From Pocillopora damicornis (taxonomy: Eukaryota), in NCBI RefSeq assembly GCF_003704095.1, contig NW_020847264.1, positions 1 to 64,000 of the forward strand: 64,000 nt of DNA, in the 5' to 3' direction. The notes under the pieces are model-generated. The model saw only the letters and a list, made by a program, of their open reading frames with translations, was not told the origin of the DNA and searched no databases. Shown here one piece after another: positions 38,250 to 50,100 of the stretch (the stretch's first letter is position 1; each line of letters starts with the position of its first letter). The translations under genes were made by a program, and so were the position numbers.

Positions 38250-39386
38250 ATGAATCTTCCGTTTAGTTTGGTTGCTGTGTCCTTGTTTACATCTGGCTAT
38301 GTGGCCATCTTTTCAGTAGCACTGACCGCAAACATTTTCATTATTTTCCTTGTTCTTAAAAAACCTGTGATGAGAACAACCATCACCTACTTCTTCGCTA
38401 ACATGGCTGCCGCTAATCTTCTTGTAGCTGTCTTCGTTATACTGCAGGCTCTGCGGTATCTATTCGCCGCAGACGCTTGGTTTCCAGGAATGCTCGGTCA
38501 AGTTTCTTGCAGACTTTTACATTATACGGAAGCCATCTCCACTACAGCTTCCATTCTGAGCCTGATAGCCATCTCGCTGGACCAGGTGAATGTTATCTTG
38601 TTCCCCATAAGGAGAGCTGTGATGATAAGATATACCAAATTTATTTCGCTCGTTATTTGGCTCCTGTCTATGGTTTTCACCTCTCCTTATCTTGCCATGT
38701 TCGGTGTCAAGACGGTATCTGGTCAGCAGCATCGATGCGTTTACTTGGTCCTCAACCATGTCGTTATGGAACTTCATGTTTCATTAATCTTTGTTTTCTT
38801 ATACGGGTTTCCTCTCGTTTTTATGGCAACTTTGTACGCTCTTATGGGACGAAAACTGTGGTTTCGAACCATTCCAAGAAATGTTCATAGTATCCATCGA
38901 CAAGCTGCTGAGAAAACCAAACGCCGCACCATCCGCTTGCTAATCGCACTCATAGCAACATATGCATTATGCTGGCTTCCTGCTCACGTGCTTGGTATGT
39001 GCACGGTTTTCAAACCAAATGTGATAAGAAACCTGGCTCCCCATTGGTCCTTACTTATTGCATTTATTGCGCATGCGAACTGCGCTTTCAATCCTTGCAT
39101 TCAAATTGTTTTAGACAGGAGATTCAGAGCAGAGTTCTTCAAATTACGGAATTGTGGGAGAAATATAAAGCAGTGGTGCATTTGTAAGAAAGGAAAAGTT
39201 GAGAATAACAGGGAAGCTAAAACGGACGTGCCAAGATTCAAAACTTTGGAGAGTGTTATAGAGAGAATAGCAAAAGGTCGAGGAAGACTGTACGATTTGA
39301 GCCCTACAAAAAACGATACACAGCTCCGTCCATTCTCTCCCGTACAGTTATCTTACTACAGCGAGGTAGTGGAAACAGAAAACTAA
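38250..39386 (+). CDS. Class A (rhodopsin-like) 7TM GPCR, neuropeptide-receptor-like, atypical motifs
   Basis: 378-aa intronless ORF with seven hydrophobic segments, TM3 and ECL2 cysteines, CWLP in TM6, NP in TM7 and FRAEF helix 8. Confidence 0.9.
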   Translation: MNLPFSLVAVSLFTSGYVAIFSVALTANIFIIFLVLKKPVMRTTITYFFANMAAANLLVAVFVILQALRYLFAADAWFPGMLGQVSCRLLHYTEAISTTASILSLIAISLDQVNVILFPIRRAVMIRYTKFISLVIWLLSMVFTSPYLAMFGVKTVSGQQHRCVYLVLNHVVMELHVSLIFVFLYGFPLVFMATLYALMGRKLWFRTIPRNVHSIHRQAAEKTKRRTIRLLIALIATYALCWLPAHVLGMCTVFKPNVIRNLAPHWSLLIAFIAHANCAFNPCIQIVLDRRFRAEFFKLRNCGRNIKQWCICKKGKVENNREAKTDVPRFKTLESVIERIAKGRGRLYDLSPTKNDTQLRPFSPVQLSYYSEVVETEN

Positions 39387-40573
39387 GCTCGATGACTTAA
39401 AACTGAAGCAGCGATGCTAAACAGAGGCATTTTGGATGATAAACGCGATCCATACTGATTAACGTAGGAGCCCATTACCCAGATAGTGGGTTAGTAGTAC
39501 TGCCAAAGTATATTCAATCGCTTTTGATCAAACTGATAAGATGATTTCTTGTTTTGTTGGATTAAATGTATTTGGTTATCGTATTACAATGGAAAGAAAC
39601 AGCAAAAATCTAACATTGCTTAAAGGCAGTCTAGTGTTAGAACTAAGGGAACTTCTGTCAGAGAGGGTGAAATTCGTTAAAACACGAACGTAACTTTCTT
39701 GCCTTTTTTGTGCACAAAGAATGCAACTAAATAATAAAAAGGAGTCGGGTTCTGGCAGCCGGATAACCAGGAAGAGGTGAACAAGTCAAGCTGGCTAAGT
39801 CTCCGTTGCTAGTGTGTGCTGAAGCGACGAGCAGCTAAGCCGCGAGAGGATTGGGACAGAGGATAAACATATCTACACCCGCGTCTCTGCCGGTCATGAC
39901 TTGCACGCACAACTGCGTCAGATGTACAGGGCATATCAGGTTTCGCTCGGGACAGACCTCATTAGTTTGTAGTGCATTTTCGTCCTTCTTGTACATAACT
40001 TCACACATGATCAGCACGCGCTCTATAAAAAAATAGGGAAAGAAAGTGTGTTTTTTTTTAATATTATGTATGGCCTGAGCTTATTGTGAGCTAGATCATC
40101 ATTTTGCCTTGATCAGTTAGGGTGATTCACTCTTTTCTTTTGGTTCTGAGTTAGACAAGAACTTTTTATATATGTAAAGCAGATATTGACCAATTCTTAG
40201 AGCAGAATATATGAACAATAACCAGAAACACCAGCGGTAGCAAATATTATTGTGATGACATTGTAAAGAATTAAATGCATGTATACAAGATAATACTACT
40301 CCAAAAATTAGCGAGGGGCTTACGTTAAACCCCTCAACTCACCGAGGTGATTAACATATAACTTCTCCCCATAATATCCATACATTATCTAGCAAACGGG
40401 TAATGAGAATACTCAAACTCATCAGGTAGTAGTTAAATTGATCTAACACAAAAATTTCTTAAATTATACTTATACAAGATAATGTGTAGCAGCCAGGAGG
40501 GAGAATTAAAGAGCTTACCTGGCTCCGCGCTCCGGGAACTGCGATGCAACTTAGTCCGGCTATGGGCTAAGGA

Positions 40574-40577
40574 TGAA

Positions 40578-40622
<45 letters not shown>

Positions 40623-40819
40623 TATAGCAGGTAATTTAGTGTTAACAACTGGGTTGAAAACGTAAATTAGCCACCGTAAAGAGTAAAAAAGCTGACGTTT
40701 CGAGCGTTAGCCCTTCGTCTATCGCTCTGACGAAGGGCTAACGCTCGAAACGTCAGCTTTTTTACTCTTTACGGTGGCTAATTTACGTTTTCAACCCAGT
40801 TGTTAACACTAAATTACCT
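40574..40819. mobile_element. Penelope-like non-autonomous insertion: 50-bp tail plus 96-bp perfect inverted arms, 15-bp TSD
   Basis: Arms 40624-40719 and 40729-40824; GCTATGGGCTAAGGA at 40559-40573 and 40820-40834; carries a hammerhead motif. Confidence 0.8.
40724..40757 (+). ncRNA. Minimal type-I hammerhead ribozyme motif
   Basis: GCT-CTGACGA-A-GGGC-TAAC-GCTC-GAAAC-GTC-AGC: core CUGAnGA and GAAA, stem II GGGC/GCUC, palindromic ACGU stem III, GUC cleavage triplet, stem I GCU/AGC. Confidence 0.78.
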
Positions 40820-41143
40820 GCTATGGGCTAAGGACTTTCATAAAATATCAAAGTTTCACATTTCTGGCTCTCCTGTTATAATTAAGCTTCTCTTTCTTTG
40901 TTCTATTCTTCTATATTTACTTTCTCTTCTTACTTCTTTGTTACTTTTCGCTTGTTTCTGTTAGTATTAATCAATCTTTCGTTGTTGTTGTTGTTGTTTT
41001 GTCGTGGGAGGGGTAGAGGGTAAAGTTTTTAAAATCACATGACAGTAAACCCTTGTAGACCCGACCGTTTGAACTGCTCATGCGCTGTAGTTGTCAACTC
41101 ACGTACACTCCAGTCGGCGAATGAACAACATGAAATCAGGGAA

Positions 41144-44100
41144 ATGGCGATGGCAGTATTCACCTCGCGGCCTAATTCTCATCCTTTTGAGGAAAGGAGA
41201 GTTCCTTTAACGGAGCCGGTAAAGATAGGACGTTCAGTAGCGAAGAGTAGACCAGCCACAAACAATTGTATCTTCGACTGCAAGGTCTTGTCGCGGAACC
41301 ATGCTATCCTATGGTATGAAGACGGGAAGGTCAGTGAAATAAATGGATTATCATAACTGTGATGTTTACATCGAGACATTATAAATGTTGTCTGCAAAGC
41401 TCTTTCAGCTAACTAGAGAGTAATTTAAATCTTTTAAATTGCACAATACGATTTAATCTTGAAATCCTGAGTAGTGATGTAAGTGGTTGTTCAATTTAAA
41501 GAGTAACGTTTTCAACCAATTCAATGACATTGGTGTTTCGCCACTGAGAGATGATACTAAAACTTCTCTGTCGAGAGAAAGATTCTTCCTTTAAAAGTAA
41601 CATATAAAAGTTAATCTCAAGGGTCCTTGTTACATTTATTATTGCGTGAATTTTTCCGGAAACACAACTTGTGATTATTTTCGACTTGTCACATGCTACT
41701 TACACGTTAGCTGTATTGATCTTTGATCGAGCACCTTTTTTGTGTGGTTTTCTTTTTCTTGTTGGCAAACCACCTTCGATTTAAAAGCACAAGTGGAGAT
41801 AATCGTCTAAACGCTTCGTCAGATAAACTATCCCTTCCAAAAGATTATGTGTTTTGGAATTTAATTAATTTAAAGGTTATATGTTGAGAATTTGTTTCTT
41901 TTGTAATGCAGTCTTATTTGAAATTCAAAAATTTATTTGATCGTAGTATGTTCTGTGGCATGCTTTAATCGTGTGATTTCAGTTTCATTGCCGAACTGTA
42001 AACGAAATTGTTCTTCTCTGCTAAAAAGTTTGCCTTATTTGGTTCACATCCTCCTACTCTTTCCTGTCTAAGTTGGAGGTGTCAACAAACTTGTCTGAAC
42101 CGCAGCGGAAATGCTTTCATTCAATTTGAGTAAATACCATTTTGTTTGTTCAAAAAATTGCTAATTTTCAAATGTATATGCAGGCTGAAACACATCATTT
42201 TGTTTGGCAAACATTTTAATGAAAGTTACCCGGGGTATGTTCTTGCAAAGCAACTAAAACTTTCAAATGAAAAAAGTTATTCTGATATAAGAATTTCATT
42301 GTTTACATTTCTTTAAAGTTTCAACCAGTTGGAGGTACACTCTACATGTAAATTTACACAACTGCTCATCAAATAAACTGCATAGTAGAGGGGAATAACA
42401 GTCTTAGTTAATCGTGTTTCCTGTTTCCTTTGATTTATTGCCCATGAATAGAATGAACTTGACCTGTAATGAAATGTAGCAATGCAAAAGTGCTGTGCCT
42501 CATTTACAGCTGATCAGGCATATCATGATATCAGTCAAAATTATCAAAACATTTGTTTAAAAAGCATGAAGTGGCCATTGATACCTTTATGTTGCAAACC
42601 AGCTTATCCTTGTATTTAATTCAGTATTCATAGTATTAATTGGTTGTCTAAAAGCCAAGAGAATGTTGTATTTATTTAATATAGTCAGTAAATACAGTAA
42701 AGAGATGATGTTACGTGGTTACTTAAATGACAACAGCAAGGTACAGTCATACCAGCAAGTTCTAATTTTTCAAGGAAAAATTGTCCAATGTATGGTGGAG
42801 TCCAAAATAATATCCCAGTGAAGAAAGTCTGGGAAAAATAATAGAGTAGAATTTCCATCAGAATTTTTTGTCACAAAAAAAAGTACCCTTGGCAAGTTTC
42901 CTTGTGTAGTCACTTATACTAACAAATTGTTCTCAGCAAGTTTTGCTTGAGCAGGTTTCTATATTGATAATTTGACATGTGTGATTTTAAGCAAGAGGTC
43001 TTTTGGAAAAAAACTGTGGTAAAGATATTTTCGCATAAGGACTGCTTAAGAATACTTAACAAGAGAAAAACAAAGAAAATAATTTGGAAGAGTGAATTCT
43101 GCTCTCATTAACTATATTTACAATGTTACATGTTGATACATTCATTATAGGTATCTTTAATATGTGTTCATTATAATTCTGCATCCTTTTCACAGCTTCT
43201 GTCAGTGGTTTTTTTTCTAAAAAGGACTGACACAACCAGATGATATGTTTTGAATCTCCAAGCAACTCTGCCCATTGTTACATTATTCTGTAGATACATT
43301 TGTCTTTCTGAATACATGAACTAATTGAAAGTCACTCAGCACAATGATTACCCATCTGAGACAGAAATTTAAACCTTGTTGTGAATAACTTATGTGTTTA
43401 TTAATTGCAGATTTTAGCATCATTGAGTAAATTTTATGAATCTCAGACTATGTTATTCATTGATATTAGCTGATATTTGAAATATAATATAAATGATTTT
43501 GTTGTTTCAGTTCTTCTTGCAAGACACAAAAAGTAGCAATGGAACTTTTGTGAACAATGTGCGGCTTAGCAAAGGGTCAGAGGAGAGTGAGCCAAAGGAG
43601 TTAAAGTCTGGGGATATTGTTCAGTTTGGAGTGGATGTAGTGGAAAACTCTAAAAAAGGTTAGAGATTTTGCTTAACTTTGTAAGATTCCATGTTTTACT
43701 TTTACAGAAGGAGACTTAAGGCCAGTTATCAAGATGAAGCCTAACCAAAACCATGGTCTTACACAATCAGTGGGCCTCAGGCTTCCTATCTAAAAGGATT
43801 GATTTAATTAAATAAATGTCCTTTCACTGTAAGATTTCTGCCGTCTTTACACTGTTCACAAACATAAATGTTCAGATAAAAGGTCTAGCTGAATTGAGGA
43901 TTGATTGAATGCAGTTTTGGTAACAATAGCTAAGCTTTTTTCTAAATAATCAGACCTTAGTGTTCCAAAACCTGGATTTAAGGGTTTAAGGTTTAGGCTC
44001 ATAGTTGTGTGTTATTAGACAAGATATTTAACTATGATAGCCCTTCTCTCCATTCAGGAGTATAAGGAGGTGATAAAACTGACAAAATGTTCATATTTGG

Positions 44101-47100
44101 ACTTAATGTCTTTTTCATTTACTGGTTCTCAGTAACTCATGGCTGTATTGTGGCTACTGTGACCCTGTTTCTACCTGATGGAAAAGAAGCAACCAAGTAA
44201 GTCGTGGTTGTCAGGCTTTGGTTATTATAAGCTCAGTAAGGGTTACACATTGATCAATTCAGACTTTGACATCCATCCCCCCCACTCCCCCACCCTCCAC
44301 GCAAGTCCAGGTATTTGGACTTTCGCTGACAAAAAATTCATCAGATACTACTGCTTTCTTTGGCATTTTCTGCCATTTTAGTGTTGAAGATAGTTTAAAA
44401 CACAACAAAATATATCTTTTTCAAATCGAATATAGTAGTAGACAGTTGAAAGCAAAACAGAAGTACTAGTTAGAGAAAAAACACTTAACTACATTTATTA
44501 ATGAAAATGAACACACATCAGAATGGTGGGGGTTTGAGAGACATTGCACTCATTGATAACTTGATTATGATTTAACTTGTTGCAGGAGTGGTGTTCCCAG
44601 AAGTTTGTTTGCATTGGTATGTTGTTAAAGGGCAGTTTTCCTTTAATCCTTTACTCTTAAGATAAACTATTAAATAATTTTCTTTTGCCACTAGTCAAGA
44701 TGTAGGGTGATAGCAGTGATAGTATTGATAGCATTATCCAACCTTTGAATAACTAGGCGCCAGTAGTTTAAAGAGCAGGTAGCACTATCCAATGGATGAA
44801 TGGTCATCCAGTGGATAAGTAGTAATAAAACTTACCGATTATTAAATATTGATTAGAATTAATAATATTAAATATTAATATAATTCTTAAGTTCCTATAA
44901 TGTTGTTTCCGCTCTCACAACAGAATGAAAATGGCATCCAAGCACAAGAAATGTGGCAGTTATCCCAGTATTTACAGGTAAATGTAAAGCAGTATATCAT
45001 GTTCGATCAGTGTGTCCTTATTATTTGCCATTCTTGGGTTGATAAGTGAAATTTTCATGCAAAAAAAAAAGTCACTTGTCTTGTAGTTATTTTAATGATA
45101 AAATTCAATTTCTCATTACCCCTTTTTTTTGTTTGACAGGATGCGCTGTACAGAGAACAAATGCTGGAAAACAAACTGGCAAATCTTCAGAGACTTATAT
45201 CAGACTCGAAAGGAGCAGTGGAGGACAACACCCAGGTAGTTGCTTATGGCATTGGTGTGTGTTTCTTTAGGATGTCTTGATGGCTATGCCTTACATGTAT
45301 AGTGTAATCTGAATTTTGAAGTTGCATGGACCTGTATCTTTGCTTTTTCCTTTTCAGTCATTTGCTCAAGAGGACAAATTGCTGTCAAGATTAGAGATTT
45401 TGGAAAACCAGCTGGAAACTTTAACAAAGGTAAAGTATGGAGCACCATGTGTTCACAACAAACATTTGAAGTATGAACATTAATGGTCAAAGTGATGATT
45501 TTTCAAGTAAGCTTGTTGAGTATGTGGACACAGGAAAATTAAGATGGCATTTATCTTTTCCAGAATTTAAATGAAGATGACATAAAAAAAGAACTGCTTG
45601 TTCTCCAAGAGGAAAGACATAATTATGAAATGAGAGCAAAGGTGGGTGTTTTGTGTCAGATTTTGATTTTTATCCGAAGACGTTGTGGCCTTAGGGTTAG
45701 AGCACTGGACTCCAATTTGAGGGTTCAGGTGCCAGACCTGGCCAGGACATCTCTTCCAGGAGGGGGAAGAGAAGTGATACTCCCAGTCACTTCATGCTAT
45801 GGAAACTGGGATTGGTTCCAGCTGGTTGACTGTGCAACTGGACATACTGATTAGTATAGGCTTAACGGTTTTTTTTTTTTTTTTTTTTTTTTTTCCTGAA
45901 CTCCTATGATTTTAGTATACATGTAAACCTTATCGTAGGCAAGTATATGTATCTACAGTTTATGGCATTCCTTACATGAATATGAAAGTTAAGGTGATTT
46001 CTTAGTTTTTTTCTTTGCTTATAGATATGGTGCTTCTGAATAACTTACTTTAGATATTACGCTTTGTCTCTCCTAGGAGTCACTCAAAAAAGTGTTGCAG
46101 GAAAAATTAGAAGCTATTCAAAAATTAACTGAAATAGAGGTAACTGATATTTGAAGTGCATTTTATTGTGTAGAGCCAATGGAAAAATGGTTGTAAGTAC
46201 ACATGTGAAAAAGCTTTTTATGTAAGTTGTACCTTTTGTTCTATAATTTCTAGAAATCATGTAACAACGCTGAGGATGAATGTCTTCATTTCAAGTCCTT
46301 ATATGAAAGATCACAGCAAGAACTTAAAGATTTGGCTGAAAAACACAAGCAGGTAAGGGAATGGTGTCACCCCTGTTATGTTTTTCATTGGTGTCAGTCA
46401 ACTTTGTGTAATTCATATTATGTTATAAAGCTCAGTTCCTTACTGTGGTGGTAAATCTCACTGATGTTATTCTTACCCTTGTGTAAACTTCTCTGTGACT
46501 TACATTGTAATATCTTCTTAACTTGCCAGAGATTACAAGAAATGCAGAGTCTTCAGGATCAAGTTGAAGAAGCTGAAAAGAGACATTCCGCAGTTGAAGA
46601 GCAGGTGAGTTAATAGTGAAAATGTTTTGTTAATTTGAATGCAGTTAACCATGCCTTGTGTTCAAACTCAAAACAATGAAATCAAGGCATCTGAAATGCT
46701 CAAAAGTTACCAATAAAGTCTAAGCCTACAAAATGATGCCTGGTTTGATCATGATGACATTGGTTCATTGGTGTATGCACATACATAAAGAGACCAAATT
46801 TTTACCAACCAAGAATTTTGGACTTATGTTTTTTTATAAAACAATTCAAATAGTACACGCGCTCTGATTGGCCATAAAACCATTTTACATGAGTGTATGT
46901 AAACACGGTTTTCGTTCCTCTTTCATTAGTTATCATTCATTAGTTCTCTATACATTTTCTATTATTGTATTGGGAGAATTTGTCTAACAATCAAGAGCCT
47001 CTAGGGTTTATGATCATTTCTTTTATTCTCATGACCCTAATGTTTGATTCAAGGATGGTACTGTTGGGAGAAATTATATGCTTTATCTCTCTCAGGGGTA

Positions 47101-50100
47101 TAATAGGGTGAATGTCTTTTTTTTCCCTTTTGTTTTAAACTTTGAATTATGTTTTATTTGTAGGCTCTTCAAGAGAAAACTGAATTTGAAATGAGACTAA
47201 AAGAAGCAGAGCTTCGTGAAGCTTCATTAGCTGCACAGGTTCGTTGATATGAAGAAAAGAAGACAGGCTTTGGAAATGTTAAGCATGACTTCTTCAGCAA
47301 ACAGGAAACAAAAAAATCCAGTCTCTCACCATCTGCTCACAACCATTTTCATACTTAGTTAAGATATCTCATAATTTGTCAACGAGACACTTTTTGCAAT
47401 TTTGTTCAGGGTTGATGAAAGACAAGTGGAATGTTTAGTCAAGTCAGAGTTCTCCCCTGTCATTTATCATCAGCATAAGCATCATGCTTAAACTCACATT
47501 TGTGAGCATTTTTATGACGTTGGTCTGTTGCTGTTTTCTGTAACAGTTCATAGGCAAATCCTCAGACTATGTAGGTAGAGATCTTCTAACTTTTGCAAAA
47601 TAGCAAACGCCAATCTTAAATACTCTCTCAGTGATCGATTTGCTGACCCATTGGAGTGAAAACTTTGTGTGCTTCTTGATTAAAAGTAAAATTTTATTCA
47701 CTACTTTCTATTTACAGAAAGAATCTTTACAAGCAGAATGTGATTTTAAGAAAGAACAAGTTGAAGCAATGAAAGGTAAAATAGTTTGTGGCCTCTATCT
47801 GAACCAAGATCTATAATTTCTCTACCAATAAAAATATTGCATGCTCTGTATGACAGATGTCAAACTCCTTGACTCATCAATTAGTGTACCAACAGTCACT
47901 ATGATTGATGGCTTCAACCAAGTTGATTTTAAGACTTCGAAATTAAATATTCCTCTTCAGAGAATTTGGATCAATGCTAGTATCTTAGCAAATGTGCACC
48001 TACCCACCCCTCCCATCACCCAATAACAAGTCAGGATTAATGTTAGGTTAGGGGAGAGGTGGATGTACAATTGTTCAGATACTGACACTAATCCATTTTG
48101 GAGTGTTTCTTAACTTCTCAGCCCCAGTTCAACTCCTCCAACTTCAACTTTGTAGACTAGGCAGTCTTGACTATGCACAATAACAAGTTTAACAAGTCAG
48201 TGGTTCTAAGAGGAATTTGACTTCAGTTTCTTCACCGATAAACAGAATTTCAAACAGAATTTGTTCAAACTTAGCTAGGTGTTTGCCCTTTGCCAGCAAA
48301 AGTTGGTCAGCCTAACCAATAAATCTGCCTGCCAATTCATTTGCACACACTTATACTTTGACTCTGAAAACAAGAGAAAAAAGTACAATAAGAGCCCTTA
48401 GAAGATGTTTTTACTCTGCCTTAAATTTGGTTTTGTTGATTGTCATTCTAACCATGTTTTTGGCATGATTTTTAGTTCACATTGATAAAACTAAAGATGA
48501 ACATCGCCAGCCAGGTGCTGAGTACAAATCACCAGTGATCCAGCTACAAGGTATAATTTTATTTCAATTGCATGACATTGTGACAACAAAATTTATTCTA
48601 CAGGTGTAGGTAAACTGGCAGCAGGTATTACAACTTTGGGGAACTCCTTTGCAGTAACATTGATCTGACTTGGTACCAAAATTAATTACATGCACATGTA
48701 AGAGATTAGATTGTGGTGTAATTTCCATATCTGCATTATCTGTTCCATCACTCTGACCACGTGTTTAGGCAGACATCAGTCTGTGGTTCATGAACTGTTG
48801 GCTGAATGCCAGTTTGTCAACTTGTGTAAACATTTGAGAGGACTGGGAGAATTTTAACATTCCTAGATGGGTTTTAAGTTGAGCTATCAGCACGAAAGCT
48901 CTTGTTCTCAACAAGAGCTTGAAATGGAAAATATGCATTTTTTCTGGTTTGTTTATTTTACAGGTAGGTTGAAAATTTATTAGCTCCATGATATATTTAC
49001 TTTTCCTGTGAATTGGTTTTAATAGTGTTAATTCTTTAAAAGATGGTGAAGAACTTTCAGATACATGCACTGTTTCTTCCTTTGGGAACTTTCTATTTCT
49101 ACCTTTTGATGAATTATAATCTATGAATTTGAGTTAGAGATGGTTAAAAATTTTCTTGATGACTTGTCTGAGTTTTTTGTGAGGAAGCTCGTTGTTAAGG
49201 TTGTTCATATATTCTGTTTCTGTCTTCTTCATTATGTACTATGGCTTATTAGCTGTTTAATAAGGAAATGAATATCTTAAGTTTGCATTTTTCATCTGAG
49301 AAATTAACAATTTGATCTGCAAATTTTATTTATTTCTTTACTTGGATGCTAAAGTATGATGATTTAAAACTTTTTTTCCCAATATTTGAAACTAAATCTT
49401 GTTAAGAACAGTTTGACATTGATTATGCAGAATTCTAGATGAATTTTTGTGAAATTGCAGCCAAACTTTTTGCTGGTATCTCAGTATTCCAATACACATA
49501 TTTTAATATGTGCAAACAAAACAGGTACCAGCAGGTACTTATTAGTTGTCATTGTGATACTGTCAACTTTTTTTTCCAAATAAACCCTTTGAAATTTGGG
49601 GATAACTAATCCCTTAATCACCCAAGGATAAAGTGCAATAATTTTTTTATTTTGATTCATTACTTATGATAATCAACATTGATAATCAATGTTTTATCTA
49701 CTCTAGTACAATTTATATTCATGAATAAGAAGGACTTATGCTAGAAAACATAGAATTTTGTTATATAACTGATATACTAAATTTTATGAGAAAAATCTGA
49801 TTTGCTCAAAAACCTAGTTTTATCTTGCTGGTTAAATCACAAGGAGATGTGCAAAACATTTTAAAAGCAATGGATTATAGTTAATGTTGGTTTTAGGTAA
49901 AGACATAAAAATTCATTTTGTAGGGATGTAGGGTCAAAACAAGAAAAATCTTCTCTAAACCATTGGCCTGCATCTCACAATTTGCAAAATTTTCCTCAAG
50001 ACTAATTTATTTGTTCGCTGGTTTATTGGGTTGGAGTGAAGTAAAAAAAATTTAAAGTAGACTGTTTGTGTGTTCTCGGTCAAGTTTGCTCTGAACTAAA

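Noticed and set aside
41039-41143. N-terminal extension of SLMAP from an upstream in-frame start
   Set aside because: SLMAP similarity begins at MAMAVF (41144); nothing supports use of the upstream start.
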